From a virus: DNA of 64,000 bases. The notes below the pieces were generated by a model, which was not told the DNA's origin, did not search any database, and saw only the letters and a list, made by a program, of their open reading frames with translations. The position numbers and the translations under genes were made by a program. The stretch lies in IMG/VR virus record IMGVR_UViG_3300032304_001060, positions 30,729 to 94,728 of that record. One strand, given 5' to 3'. This document shows, piece by piece, positions 35,064 to 44,921 of the stretch; positions within the stretch are counted from its first letter, which is position 1, and each line of letters begins with the position of its first letter.

Positions 35064-36038
35064 TCATCTATTTGCTCCTAATCTTTTTTCATAGCGCTCT
35101 AGTTGCACACGACCAGAGAGTGAGTTCTGAAACACACGGCCATCGCTGGCTGTGAGTGTGCCGATCTTTACCGAAGTATCTGCTGGTGCGTTGACCTTTG
35201 TCAAACCCAGATTCTCCCGTGCTTGGTTCATCTTCTTACCGAAAGATGCGAGGTACAACTTGTAGAGGTGCGGCGCTTCATCTCCGATACTCTGGAAATT
35301 GCGCTCATCTGCCATGAACAGGCGGAGCAACTCTAACTCGATCAGGGGAGTTGTGTCGTACTGCTTTCTGAATCGTGCAAGCGCTCCTGAGAGTGACTTG
35401 ACTGAGACGGTACCTGGAAGTAGCGGGTACTTGCGGCCCACTTGGTAACTAAACTCTGCAGCAACGTCCATTGGGGTCCACTCGTGCTGTGGTCGCTTTC
35501 CACGGGTCTTGGGGTCTGACTTTCTGATTGCTCGCTGTGGTAATACCTTAGGCTCAACCAAGCCAAACCCTGCCAAATCTTCTCCATCATCTTCCCATTT
35601 TCTCATAGATACCTTTATCACTCTTCTTTGAATCCCTTTGGATTCAATATCTTTTAATTTATTACTATCTTGGCTATTAGGTACTAATGGCTTATTGGCT
35701 ATATGGCTATTGTAACTATAGTCATGTGAGGTGCGGACATTTGAGGCCCCAATCTCCTGGGCTTCTAAAGGCCCAGTTGGGCTTGTAATGTCCAGCACAT
35801 CTTTGCCACGGTAGCCATTGGCTCGCTTGGTCTTGGTACGGCGCAGGAAGCCAGTCTCTTCTAGGGCTATGAGGCCTCTACGGACGGTCTTCTCGGTCAC
35901 ATTGCCAGTCTCTATACCCAAAGCCCCGTTCGTGGTCTCTAAACGGCCTTCAGAGCCCGCTAAATGGCATATGGTGGCCAGTAGTCGGAACTGATAATCG
36001 GTAAGGTTGGCTGTATAAGCCTCTGGCGGGATTTTCAC
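35064..36038 (-). CDS. replication initiator-like protein with N-terminal winged HTH
   Basis: FRLLATI...TEKTVRRGLIALEETGFLRR; upstream of loader, helicase and primase. Confidence 0.7.
   Translation of the reverse strand: MKIPPEAYTANLTDYQFRLLATICHLAGSEGRLETTNGALGIETGNVTEKTVRRGLIALEETGFLRRTKTKRANGYRGKDVLDITSPTGPLEAQEIGASNVRTSHDYSYNSHIANKPLVPNSQDSNKLKDIESKGIQRRVIKVSMRKWEDDGEDLAGFGLVEPKVLPQRAIRKSDPKTRGKRPQHEWTPMDVAAEFSYQVGRKYPLLPGTVSVKSLSGALARFRKQYDTTPLIELELLRLFMADERNFQSIGDEAPHLYKLYLASFGKKMNQARENLGLTKVNAPADTSVKIGTLTASDGRVFQNSLSGRVQLERYEKRLGANR
35645..35720. repeat. candidate replication origin: TGGCTAT repeats plus AT-rich tract inside initiator gene
   Basis: TGGCTAT at 35671, 35696, 35704; TGGCTTAT at 35688; AT tract 35645-35668. 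Confidence 0.45.
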
Positions 36039-36598
36039 AGGTCGATGCCCCGTGTGTCATCGTCCTCGGCCATCCTTTCACGGATCGTCTCAGTCAGGAC
36101 GTCGAGTACGGCTGAGGTCACGTAGGCGGCAAGGCTCTCGGCAAAGATGGCCATGCTCGTAGTCATGACGTCGTAGAGTTCCTCTGTCTCGTCATCGGAC
36201 TCGTAGTCAAGTTCGATCTGGTCTAGGCCATCGCTGATGTCCCACATGTCGATAGCGAAGTCCTCAAGGGAGTGAACGACCTCGTGGATATCGAGGCTCT
36301 CGTCCCAGACGACTGCCAACACATCGTTGGACGATAACTCTCGCGTAATGTCTTTTACGGGATCACTAGAGAACGTTATTTGATCCTTATGTACTGGCTC
36401 TTCTATGGAAGCCTCTTCTGAGAAATAGAGATGGAAGTCTCCAAATTCCATAGCGGATTTTACGGCGCTCTTTGCGTAGTCTCCATACTCATCGATAGCA
36501 ATGAGGAACTTTGCTTCTGGGTATTTAACGCCAAGTGCCTGCATTCCAGTAGTGACATCGATATCTGGATCAAAACTAATTACCGCAATCTTTTTCAT
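36035..36598 (-). CDS. hypothetical acidic protein
   Basis: 187 aa, 4-nt overlaps on both sides. Confidence 0.75.
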   Translation of the reverse strand: MKKIAVISFDPDIDVTTGMQALGVKYPEAKFLIAIDEYGDYAKSAVKSAMEFGDFHLYFSEEASIEEPVHKDQITFSSDPVKDITRELSSNDVLAVVWDESLDIHEVVHSLEDFAIDMWDISDGLDQIELDYESDDETEELYDVMTTSMAIFAESLAAYVTSAVLDVLTETIRERMAEDDDTRGIDL

Positions 36599-36870
36599 CC
36601 TAGCCCTCTTAATCTTGGGACAGTTGTTGCAATAGGTCTGTTTATAAGTTTACTGATCATCAGTGTAACAAATGCAGTTGCGGGAGTTGCAACCACTAGT
36701 GTTATGTCTACAACATCAAGAAGATAAAGCCCGCCAACACTAAGTGGCAATGAGAGTGCCTTGTTCAATATAGGCACACCAAAAAAGTTGCGAGTTAATA
36801 AATCTAAAAACTCAATGATGTAGGTAGAGGCAGTTCCAACGATTACGATAGTGATAAGTAGGTCAGTCAT
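36595..36870 (-). CDS. small multi-TM membrane protein (holin-like)
   Basis: 2-3 hydrophobic segments, basic C-terminus; leaderless TAATCT-N7-ATG. Confidence 0.55.
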   Translation of the reverse strand: MTDLLITIVIVGTASTYIIEFLDLLTRNFFGVPILNKALSLPLSVGGLYLLDVVDITLVVATPATAFVTLMISKLINRPIATTVPRLRGLG

Positions 36871-36880
36871 GACCCAGAGA

Positions 36881-38821
36881 TTACACCGTCAGGTTGGTAT
36901 ATTCAATACTGACAGGAGTCCGCAGTCTCCAGAAGGTGTTCGGGGGCATCCAGTTACCAAGAGTCTGAGCCAAGCGAGGCATCTTGATCAACTTGCTGAA
37001 GTACTGGTATGAGTACGAGGCGTTGGCTGTCCCTGACCAGATGACCCCGAAGTCATTCGGCATTGAGCCATCTAGGTACTCGGTAGGTGTGTAGGCATTC
37101 TCGAACTGTACGAGATCGACATAGACCGTGGCTGCCGTACCGACAATCTCAAAAATGGCGTAGGTTGCTGCAGAGGCTGAGTCTGACAAGCCTGTGACAG
37201 AGACCCTGTTGAAAGAGGTAGTTATCGCTACATCGTCTGCAAGCGCAGTAGACACTAGAACATTGGCGTCGTTGTAGAACTTTATCCTTAGGTCAACAGT
37301 TGTGGCTGCCAACGCCTTCATGTAAGCAGAGGCGGTGTAGTACTGCCCTGCGGTTATTGGGATGTTGTAGTTGGGCTTAATGTTCCACGCACCTGCCGCA
37401 ACAAATTTACCGCTAAAAGATCCTGGGTACCCAACTACAGGTACTGATGAGTCTTGGCTAAATGTCGCTCCTGTAACAGTCCATGTTGAGGAGTTCACTT
37501 CAAAGGATGGGTTTTTAATGTAGTTGATTTTGTTTGGGCTCACCTCTACGGTAATAGCGCGTGCTTCATCGTATGAGGCTGTACCACCTAACTGCATACA
37601 CACCTCATCTATGTAGTATGTGCCTGCACTGCTGTACGCAATACGGATAGAAACGTATACAGCGTCAGATTCAGAGGTGACAGTTAAGGAAGTTTGTTGC
37701 CAAGAACTTGACGCTGCAACTGCTGTTGCGGAGTGGAGTGAACCCGTTGCATGTCCATCTTTATTGTAATGCTGTACTGATAGCGTCACGTTTCCAGAGC
37801 CTGTTGGCCTTTTAAATTTACAGGAAGCAGTGTACTGAGTACCAGCAAGAACTGGAATTCCTTTACGGATTGGGTCGTCGTTTCCAAGAGACATCGCACC
37901 TGATGCGCTTGCTACTACAGCGCATGTGTATGTTGTATCCATTTGATTTGGACTTGAGGTCGTAGGCACCTGTGCCGTGCTTGCAGTGAGGGTTGCGTTT
38001 GTTGCTGTCCAATTTCCTACTGAGTTGTAGAAGGTAGAGTCCTGCACATTTAGCAATAGGTTTGTTGAAAGAGTTACGACAGGTGCATAGCCAGTGAGCA
38101 CTTCTGCATATGTTTGAATTCCGTTTTTTGTTCCTTTATTTGCATACAGGTAGAACGCTTCACGAATAATTTGTTTCTGGTTCTTAATTGCTAAAGTCGG
38201 TTCTGGAGATAAACCGACGTTATACTTTTGAGCATTAAGCAGAGACGAGGGTGTGCCAGCGATAAAGTTGTCGGGACGAATTAAATCTAACTCTGTTAAA
38301 AATTGTTCGGCCGTAAAGGAGAACCCTTCAATAAAGTTGTACAAGACCGAAGTAGTGTCTGGAACTGCCAAGGGGCTTTGTTCTTTTGAGATATAAATCT
38401 TTGGAATCATATCGATCATTTTCTTCTGCATACCATGGTCTGATGGCATTACGTCTTCGACTGTTCCTGCTAAGACCCACGTATCATCTGAGGTGTACAT
38501 AAACATACTGTAAAAAACAGGGCGTCCGTTTGTGATGGGTTGCGTCGGGTTTTCTTGACCATCAATAAAGTCATCTCTAGTAACTGTTCCCTCAGTTGCA
38601 AACTCTTCCCAGATAATTATTCCGTCTTCAGAATGTTCTGGAAAACCAGTCTGATTTCGTACAAGTCTTATACGAGAGAAGTCTCCCGTAGGGTCCTGCC
38701 ACAAAACTTGTACAGCAAGAAAGTTAAGTACAACACAAGACATTGGGTCGACTACGTAGTCGAGCGCAGGTGCTTCCCCGTACTTTCCACTACCGTATAA
38801 GACGTTGGCGTATTTTGACAC
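36881..38821 (-). CDS. baseplate/tail protein (P2 gpI-like domain plus carbohydrate-binding modules)
   Basis: YANKGTKNGI, NYIKNPSFE, two CBM4/CenC-like repeats. Confidence 0.75.
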   Translation of the reverse strand: MSKYANVLYGSGKYGEAPALDYVVDPMSCVVLNFLAVQVLWQDPTGDFSRIRLVRNQTGFPEHSEDGIIIWEEFATEGTVTRDDFIDGQENPTQPITNGRPVFYSMFMYTSDDTWVLAGTVEDVMPSDHGMQKKMIDMIPKIYISKEQSPLAVPDTTSVLYNFIEGFSFTAEQFLTELDLIRPDNFIAGTPSSLLNAQKYNVGLSPEPTLAIKNQKQIIREAFYLYANKGTKNGIQTYAEVLTGYAPVVTLSTNLLLNVQDSTFYNSVGNWTATNATLTASTAQVPTTSSPNQMDTTYTCAVVASASGAMSLGNDDPIRKGIPVLAGTQYTASCKFKRPTGSGNVTLSVQHYNKDGHATGSLHSATAVAASSSWQQTSLTVTSESDAVYVSIRIAYSSAGTYYIDEVCMQLGGTASYDEARAITVEVSPNKINYIKNPSFEVNSSTWTVTGATFSQDSSVPVVGYPGSFSGKFVAAGAWNIKPNYNIPITAGQYYTASAYMKALAATTVDLRIKFYNDANVLVSTALADDVAITTSFNRVSVTGLSDSASAATYAIFEIVGTAATVYVDLVQFENAYTPTEYLDGSMPNDFGVIWSGTANASYSYQYFSKLIKMPRLAQTLGNWMPPNTFWRLRTPVSIEYTNLTV

Positions 38822-38831
38822 GTATCAGACC

Positions 38832-39128
38832 TTAGCACCCAGCAAGTAGGAAGGGGTTTAATGACTCTGAGGTTGCATCTAACGCATCGCGGATTCCGTA
38901 CTCCATATTTGTGATGCGGTTTTGCAGAGACGGCCACGCTGTAGTGGTCGGATCAAATGCCCCAACCCCGTTGGTTCCTGTGTTGATAAATGTGCCAAGG
39001 GCAGACTCAATGGCTACTACTTCAGCACGAAGAGTGTTGACGTGCTCAGCAAAAATTACGTCGGTAAAGTTAACTCGGTCTGTTCCGAAGTTCTTTACGC
39101 TATCTGGATACGATGCTACTGTTGGCAT
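38832..39128 (-). CDS. virion-associated hypothetical protein
   Basis: AEHVNTLRAEVVAIESALG. Confidence 0.7.
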   Translation of the reverse strand: MPTVASYPDSVKNFGTDRVNFTDVIFAEHVNTLRAEVVAIESALGTFINTGTNGVGAFDPTTTAWPSLQNRITNMEYGIRDALDATSESLNPFLLAGC

Positions 39129-39185
39129 TTATTTTCCTCTCAAATCTACTGGTCTATTTTCGTGCTTTTAATGTTAAATTACCTG

Positions 39186-39896
39186 CTAAGCGATCTGGTT
39201 TATCGTCAAAATAACTGAAGGAATCCCTGGCACTATCCCGCTTGCGGCTACTGCAGGGAGAAAGACGGACGTATTTGTCACCGAAACAACTACTTCAAAG
39301 TAATCCCCAGCCAATGCTGTGGAGTGGAAATTCCACGCAGCGATAAGTTCTGATGTAGATCCTTGAACTGCTATCTGACTTGCAGAGTAAGGTACGTTTA
39401 CACCGTTTTTTCTAAGCCAAATATAGGCATGCTGTACGTTTTCGTTGGACTTATCGAACTGGGCAGAGAACTGGATGTTGTAGGCTCCAGATTGTTGAAC
39501 TGTCATTTTAGACTGATCCACGAGCGTTACGCCTTGTTCGTTCTCAATGGTGTCACACTGCATTGGATAAGCAGTGTTTGCAGTTAGTGCAGTTATGGTC
39601 TGCGTGTTGTGCCAAGAGCCATGGCAAAAGATTCCTTGGGCAGAGTTCCCCTCACCAAATTCACCGATCCAAACTGGGTACTCAGGGTCTCCGCCAACGT
39701 ACATTACCCAGCAGCCTGTCCCTATAGCGGGTGGGCGTTTGGTTGAGAGCATCGGCCACACCCAGTCACTGACCTGTGTTCCCGTAGGTTGTGCCTTTAC
39801 CTTTACTCGACGTAGTTTTTCAGGATCTTTATTGTCTACCACTACTGCACGATAAACTCCGTTTAGACGTTTTATGAAATCTTTTTCATCCATCAA
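39186..39896 (-). CDS. gp5/VgrG OB-fold baseplate protein fused to C1q-like domain
   Basis: YRAVVVDNKDPEKLRRVKV...GGDPEYPVW; GAYNIQFSAQ...WLRKNG...GDYFEV. Confidence 0.8.
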   Translation of the reverse strand: MMDEKDFIKRLNGVYRAVVVDNKDPEKLRRVKVKAQPTGTQVSDWVWPMLSTKRPPAIGTGCWVMYVGGDPEYPVWIGEFGEGNSAQGIFCHGSWHNTQTITALTANTAYPMQCDTIENEQGVTLVDQSKMTVQQSGAYNIQFSAQFDKSNENVQHAYIWLRKNGVNVPYSASQIAVQGSTSELIAAWNFHSTALAGDYFEVVVSVTNTSVFLPAVAASGIVPGIPSVILTINQIA

Positions 39897-41659
39897 AGTG
39901 CGCTTACAGTGAGGTTTGCATTCTGGAATCGGAAGATTTCATTTGGGCGTCCAAGTAAGGTTGAGTACGCAGTAAACGCACCTGTACCTGTAGCACTACC
40001 TGCACTCTGCGTGCTGGCAACACTGAAGGTAGTAGTTGTGACTGCCGTTACTACCGCGGCAGTAACGTTATATCCTGATGGGCTAAACCCAGTTACAGTG
40101 ACAGTAGAGCCAACGCTAAGTCCATGTGCGGTGGTGTTAGAGTTGTAGGTGATCGCTGTTCCAGAAGCGGTTGCTCCTGTGAGAGAGATTCCTGTTCTGT
40201 GTAGGAAAGTTACACGCGACGTCTTAATCCCAGGAATTTGTTGCACAACAAACTCAATATCTTGAGGATAAATGGTTTCTTCAAAGAAACGGTTTGCGTA
40301 CCCAAAGTCACTTAAGAACTTGGCTTTTATAGCCTTCTCAATTTGAGCGGTTGTATATTGTGGAAGTTTTGTATAACGAATAGTGACGGAGGCGTCTACG
40401 TATGTAGGGGGTGATACCGTGACAGAAGTTCCAAGTAGAACTTTATCTTCTAGATAATCTTCTACATCGGATTTTAAATTAGCGTACTCAATCGTCGTTA
40501 CACCGAGTTCATCGTATCCTGGAGCAGGTTCAATGTCGATAGAGTTTCGTGTCGGAGCAATATAGAGTGTCACAGAGTTCCACACACTAGCGGTAGCGTT
40601 TGCTTTTGAAACATCGTTTACACTTAAGGCCAAGTCTGCGTAATCCTGAAGGGTTACTGCTCTGTTGTTAGCACGAAGAGTTAATGGAGCGGCGTTTCGT
40701 ATTTGATCTAATGTTTCTGGATCAGACCCGCCAACAGCAGCCTCTGTGTTTATTACAGTTATTTTGCCTTGAAGAGCGATCAATTCACTCTCTGACAATA
40801 CTGGAACATAATAGATCGTGTCGATAGTACTCTGATCAACATTTCCACGATTTCCACCTCCGACGATGTACGTCGCACGTATGTCTGAATAACGTGTTGG
40901 GATAAGTCCTGACACTCCGTCTCCAAAGTAAATTGAGACAATGTCATCCTCGTCAACAGACAATTCAAAGACCTGATCATTTGGACCGTAATCAACGATG
41001 TGCTTTACTAAAGACCACTTTGAGTAGGCATCACCGTCTTGAACATAAACTTCAACCGAGTCATCAACAACAGGTGTCTCACCTAGTTCAAAAATCATGT
41101 TTGGAGTTCCCGTAGACGTTCCGATCTGTTCTCCATATTCATTTGAGACTGTTGCAACTAACGATACAGGAAGACCTTCTTGTGCTGACACTGTTTCTGT
41201 ACCATTTACAGCCCCCACCTTTGCAGGAATGATGACCTCAGAGTCAGTTGTAAAGTAAATCTTTTGGACAGTGTCATTTATAGCAATGTCTCCGTAGAAA
41301 ACAGATCCCTCTGGAAGAGTGATTGCAGAAGCAGAGGAGTTAGAGAACTCTAAAGTTGTAAACGATCTGGTGTAGCCCGAAGGTGTGTAACCATAACTTT
41401 GAGCAATGTTTAACACACTAGAGCGTTGGGTCGCTGTAGATATAAAAGACTCATTAGCATTTCTATCGATATAAAAATTTATCAGGTCTCCAAGGTAAGC
41501 AAACGCCTCAACCAAAGCAATACCAAAGTCTGCAGGGTCTTCTCCTGTCCAATCTGGTACCCGACTTTGAATTCTTGTAATCAACTCTTCTCGTAATGAG
41601 TAGTAGTCTTTACTTGTGTAGTCAACTGAAATGGGCGTACTGGATGGTGGCGTACTCAC
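39893..41659 (-). CDS. baseplate wedge subunit (J/gp6-like)
   Basis: DYTSKDY, ESFISTATQR, FGDG, GGSDPET, RAVTLQDY. Confidence 0.92.
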   Translation of the reverse strand: MSTPPSSTPISVDYTSKDYYSLREELITRIQSRVPDWTGEDPADFGIALVEAFAYLGDLINFYIDRNANESFISTATQRSSVLNIAQSYGYTPSGYTRSFTTLEFSNSSASAITLPEGSVFYGDIAINDTVQKIYFTTDSEVIIPAKVGAVNGTETVSAQEGLPVSLVATVSNEYGEQIGTSTGTPNMIFELGETPVVDDSVEVYVQDGDAYSKWSLVKHIVDYGPNDQVFELSVDEDDIVSIYFGDGVSGLIPTRYSDIRATYIVGGGNRGNVDQSTIDTIYYVPVLSESELIALQGKITVINTEAAVGGSDPETLDQIRNAAPLTLRANNRAVTLQDYADLALSVNDVSKANATASVWNSVTLYIAPTRNSIDIEPAPGYDELGVTTIEYANLKSDVEDYLEDKVLLGTSVTVSPPTYVDASVTIRYTKLPQYTTAQIEKAIKAKFLSDFGYANRFFEETIYPQDIEFVVQQIPGIKTSRVTFLHRTGISLTGATASGTAITYNSNTTAHGLSVGSTVTVTGFSPSGYNVTAAVVTAVTTTTFSVASTQSAGSATGTGAFTAYSTLLGRPNEIFRFQNANLTVSAL

Positions 41660-42057
41660 TTGATCTCCTCAGCGGTTGGGTTGGTTCCTTGTACTGTAAC
41701 GATTCCAATATTGGTGGTAACTTCTTCTTGATTTGGTAAAGAATAGACCACAGTTATACTTAATACTCCAGTAGTCTCGTCGAACGTTACATCGGTTTGG
41801 CTTAATGTTAATAGTGACAATTGTTTAGTAAAGACGCGCTTTACCTCATCAGTAACGGAAGCAGTCGCCTCTTCTTCGCCGTCAAAGACAACAAAAGGAA
41901 CAAGGCTCCCAAAATTAGGGGCCATCACCCTTTCCCCTACAGCAGTTCCGATCGTTGCCCTAACTCGATCTGCCCATAACTTTGAAAAGTCACTGGTGAT
42001 CGCTACTTTTCCGTAGGAGTCTATAGAGAATGGAAGAGACATCGATACTTCAGCCAT
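41656..42057 (-). CDS. gp25-like baseplate wedge protein
   Basis: TAVGERVMAPNFGS. Confidence 0.9.
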   Translation of the reverse strand: MAEVSMSLPFSIDSYGKVAITSDFSKLWADRVRATIGTAVGERVMAPNFGSLVPFVVFDGEEEATASVTDEVKRVFTKQLSLLTLSQTDVTFDETTGVLSITVVYSLPNQEEVTTNIGIVTVQGTNPTAEEIK

Positions 42058-43313
42058 TATCTACCTACCCATGTTCTCGGAGCAGTTGTAAACCCTGCTT
42101 CTGTTGCTTTAACTAATGTTGTTGTTGCGTTAAGTTTAGTGTACGTTCTCTTGTTTAGTAAGCCTGTTGCTACTTCAGAGTTCAAATCTCTCACTCCTAC
42201 TGGCCCTGTGTGTTGTGGCCGTGTGTTGCTGGCTTTGTTAACCCCAGTCCCATCGGACATACAGGTGAAGTCCACGCTATATCTTCCATCAACTGCGAGG
42301 AAATGAGTGGCTGTGTTTATAACCCAAAAACCATCTGTAGTAGATCCAGTACCGCTAATTTCAATAGTCCTATACGGAGCCACACGGGGGTCGCCTTGTC
42401 CAGAACCTACAGCGGTCAAAGAGAATCGGGATAATTGTGCTTGTGCTTTTGTGACGGCTTCTGCCATAGCAGCAGAGCCAGAGATCACTCCTGGAAGGGC
42501 CTGCTTAAAGAGAGGGTTCTTTGTCGAAGACCGTAGGTTGTGTCCCACAGCGTTTGGTTTTACTACCGATGTAGTGAGTTTGGCTGTTTGAGGATTAATA
42601 CTCATAACATTTTTTTCCGTGCGGCTATAGGAGTCTTTACTAAAGAAGTCTCCAATTTTAGGTTTGAATGAGTCTAAGGTTTGGGACATCACAGAACTCC
42701 ATGGATTTGTATAAGGATCCGTGTGGGAAAATAGTGGGGCCGTAGTCATGAACTTATCAATCATTGTATCTATAGGATGGAAGTGCAGTTCAGTCCCGTA
42801 GACTTGAGCAGCATACCCAATTCGTCGTGCTAACTCCTGTATTTTTTCCCAGTAAGTATGTCCAACTAAAGACTGCTGCGAGAAAACTATTGGACTAGGA
42901 GTAACTACTGAGCGAAGTTTAAACTTCTTCGCAATATCTTCAACAATTTGAGTTGCTGTAGAGTTTGTCCATATTTTTGTTCCGCCCTCTTTGAGGGGGA
43001 AAGTTGCAGCCATACATCTAATTACTGTTGGGTTATAACTAGACTGTTTAATTTCTGATGATACGTCAAAAACATACCCAAAAAATGTTTCAGAAACTTT
43101 ATCATTTTTCCATTTTATTACTACTGGAGATCCTGTCTTTAAGGCTTTCTCATAAAAGGAATTAAAGTGAGTGTAAGTAAGTTCTATAATGTCCTGCATC
43201 CCCATTCCTTGAACAAGGCGCATGTGGTGAGGGCTTTGATCAAATGATGGAAAATCTGGATACGAAACTAAAAAGGAAGACCCAGTTCTATATTGGTAGG
43301 AGTCTCTAATCAC
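42057..43313 (-). CDS. baseplate hub protein (gpD/gp27-like)
   Basis: TATQIVEDIAK, YWEKIQELARRIGY, GDPRV, GFWVI. Confidence 0.8.
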   Translation of the reverse strand: MIRDSYQYRTGSSFLVSYPDFPSFDQSPHHMRLVQGMGMQDIIELTYTHFNSFYEKALKTGSPVVIKWKNDKVSETFFGYVFDVSSEIKQSSYNPTVIRCMAATFPLKEGGTKIWTNSTATQIVEDIAKKFKLRSVVTPSPIVFSQQSLVGHTYWEKIQELARRIGYAAQVYGTELHFHPIDTMIDKFMTTAPLFSHTDPYTNPWSSVMSQTLDSFKPKIGDFFSKDSYSRTEKNVMSINPQTAKLTTSVVKPNAVGHNLRSSTKNPLFKQALPGVISGSAAMAEAVTKAQAQLSRFSLTAVGSGQGDPRVAPYRTIEISGTGSTTDGFWVINTATHFLAVDGRYSVDFTCMSDGTGVNKASNTRPQHTGPVGVRDLNSEVATGLLNKRTYTKLNATTTLVKATEAGFTTAPRTWVGR

Positions 43314-43581
43314 GTGGAATCCGTAACTGTGTTCCTGGGAGTATGTTTATAGGGTCAATAATTTCTGGATTCAAATCCATAATTTTCCACCATAAGTGTG
43401 GTTTCCCAAGATGTCGAAGAGCAAGAACGTCTAGACGGTCTGTCTCTTTCCATTCGTAGTAAAAGAAACGCGCCGTTACAGTTGGCCATAGACGATACGC
43501 AGTTAGTTGATACGATCCGTTTCTTGAATCGTAGACTTTTGTAATTGTGGCATCACTGTACCTGCTATCTAAAAAAATCAT
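43306..43581 (-). CDS. LysM/tail-X-like baseplate protein
   Basis: DRLDVLA...LWWKIMDLNPE...GTQLRIP. Confidence 0.85.
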   Translation of the reverse strand: MIFLDSRYSDATITKVYDSRNGSYQLTAYRLWPTVTARFFYYEWKETDRLDVLALRHLGKPHLWWKIMDLNPEIIDPINILPGTQLRIPRD

Positions 43582-44921
43582 GGTTTAGGTCCTTTAATAA
43601 ACATACTACCTAAGTAATACCCGTCTTCGTTTCCGTATGAGGACGAGGATACCTTTTGAGTCGCTGAAAGGTCTGGACCATCGTTGAATCTTCCTACCTG
43701 CAATCTTACTGTTGAAAATATAGGAACCATTCGTGAATCAAATATTGCATGATTAATTGAGAGTGTCTGAACACGTACTCTATAACGCATTCGTAACCCT
43801 AAATGTAATTCAACGATTGAGGGACGAAGCCAACCTCTGTCTGCAGTTTCTCCGTTTAGATTAGAGGTAAATGTTGAATGAGGACCATTTAATGTTTTAA
43901 AGAGATATTCGATATCGTACATTGTCCCCTTCTCGTATATGTCAAATAGGTCTTTCTGAGCCACTGTCTTTGGGTATGGGTTTATCCCAGGCTTTAGTGA
44001 ACCGTCTGGATTTAAATATGAGAGGTCTTCAATTCGGTTGAGCACAAGATCAAAGGAAACACTACTCGACATAAGTCCTGCAGAGATAGCGTTGAATGCG
44101 TCTTGACCACTAGCAACATACGTTGGGTCCATTTGATCCATAATTCCCCAAGCCATTCCCACATCTTTTGGGTTATAGAGAAACTTAAAGCCGTACATCT
44201 TAGGATCGTATTTAATATTTGACTTCTGTGCTTCAGTAATTGCTGTAATTGCATCACGATCCATTTGGATAGTTCCTCGTCCACCAAGGTTCTTTCTCCA
44301 AGCCATTTTTGCGTCATTCCAATTTCCTGCGTCAATATGCAGGCCACCTGATGACTTACCTTGAAGACTTTGATCAATTCCACTTACGCTACTGAAGTAG
44401 GCTTGTTTTACTAACGGAGCATTGTAGGAGTATCCCAACTTAACGTCGTTAGCACCTCCACCATTATCCTTCTTCTCTATACGAGACCCTCCAGTATCTG
44501 GCACAACAACAGGCGGCTTAGTAGAAGTAGAATTTACAGACCCAACGCCAGCGGTTTGTTTCTCTAATTCTTTTTTCTTGGTGGTAATTTTTTGCGTGTA
44601 AGTAGTGATGGTTTTTTTTAAGGTGGTTATTACTCCTCTGTTGTTTGTAATATACTGATTAAGAATAACAATTTGAGCAGCATCTGCTACAGGATTTAAG
44701 GCTGCAATTTGACGTGTGTAACCAGCGTTTTGTTGTTCTAATCGAGTAACACTTGCAGTCGCTTTACTTTTGTCTTCATTCAGTTGTCTTAAACTTTCCT
44801 TTAATGTTTCAAGTCTTTCTTTACGCTCTTTAATAAACTTTTGAATAATCTTCCAATTGTCAGCCTGCTGTTGGGTTCTTTTTGCAGCGTTAACATTTGC
44901 TTGACTTTGAGAACTTGTCAT
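43578..44921 (-). CDS. tail tube initiator-like protein with N-terminal coiled coil
   Basis: GFKFLYNP, GTMYDIEYL, FDSRMVP; between tape measure and LysM genes. Confidence 0.65.
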   Translation of the reverse strand: MTSSQSQANVNAAKRTQQQADNWKIIQKFIKERKERLETLKESLRQLNEDKSKATASVTRLEQQNAGYTRQIAALNPVADAAQIVILNQYITNNRGVITTLKKTITTYTQKITTKKKELEKQTAGVGSVNSTSTKPPVVVPDTGGSRIEKKDNGGGANDVKLGYSYNAPLVKQAYFSSVSGIDQSLQGKSSGGLHIDAGNWNDAKMAWRKNLGGRGTIQMDRDAITAITEAQKSNIKYDPKMYGFKFLYNPKDVGMAWGIMDQMDPTYVASGQDAFNAISAGLMSSSVSFDLVLNRIEDLSYLNPDGSLKPGINPYPKTVAQKDLFDIYEKGTMYDIEYLFKTLNGPHSTFTSNLNGETADRGWLRPSIVELHLGLRMRYRVRVQTLSINHAIFDSRMVPIFSTVRLQVGRFNDGPDLSATQKVSSSSYGNEDGYYLGSMFIKGPKP

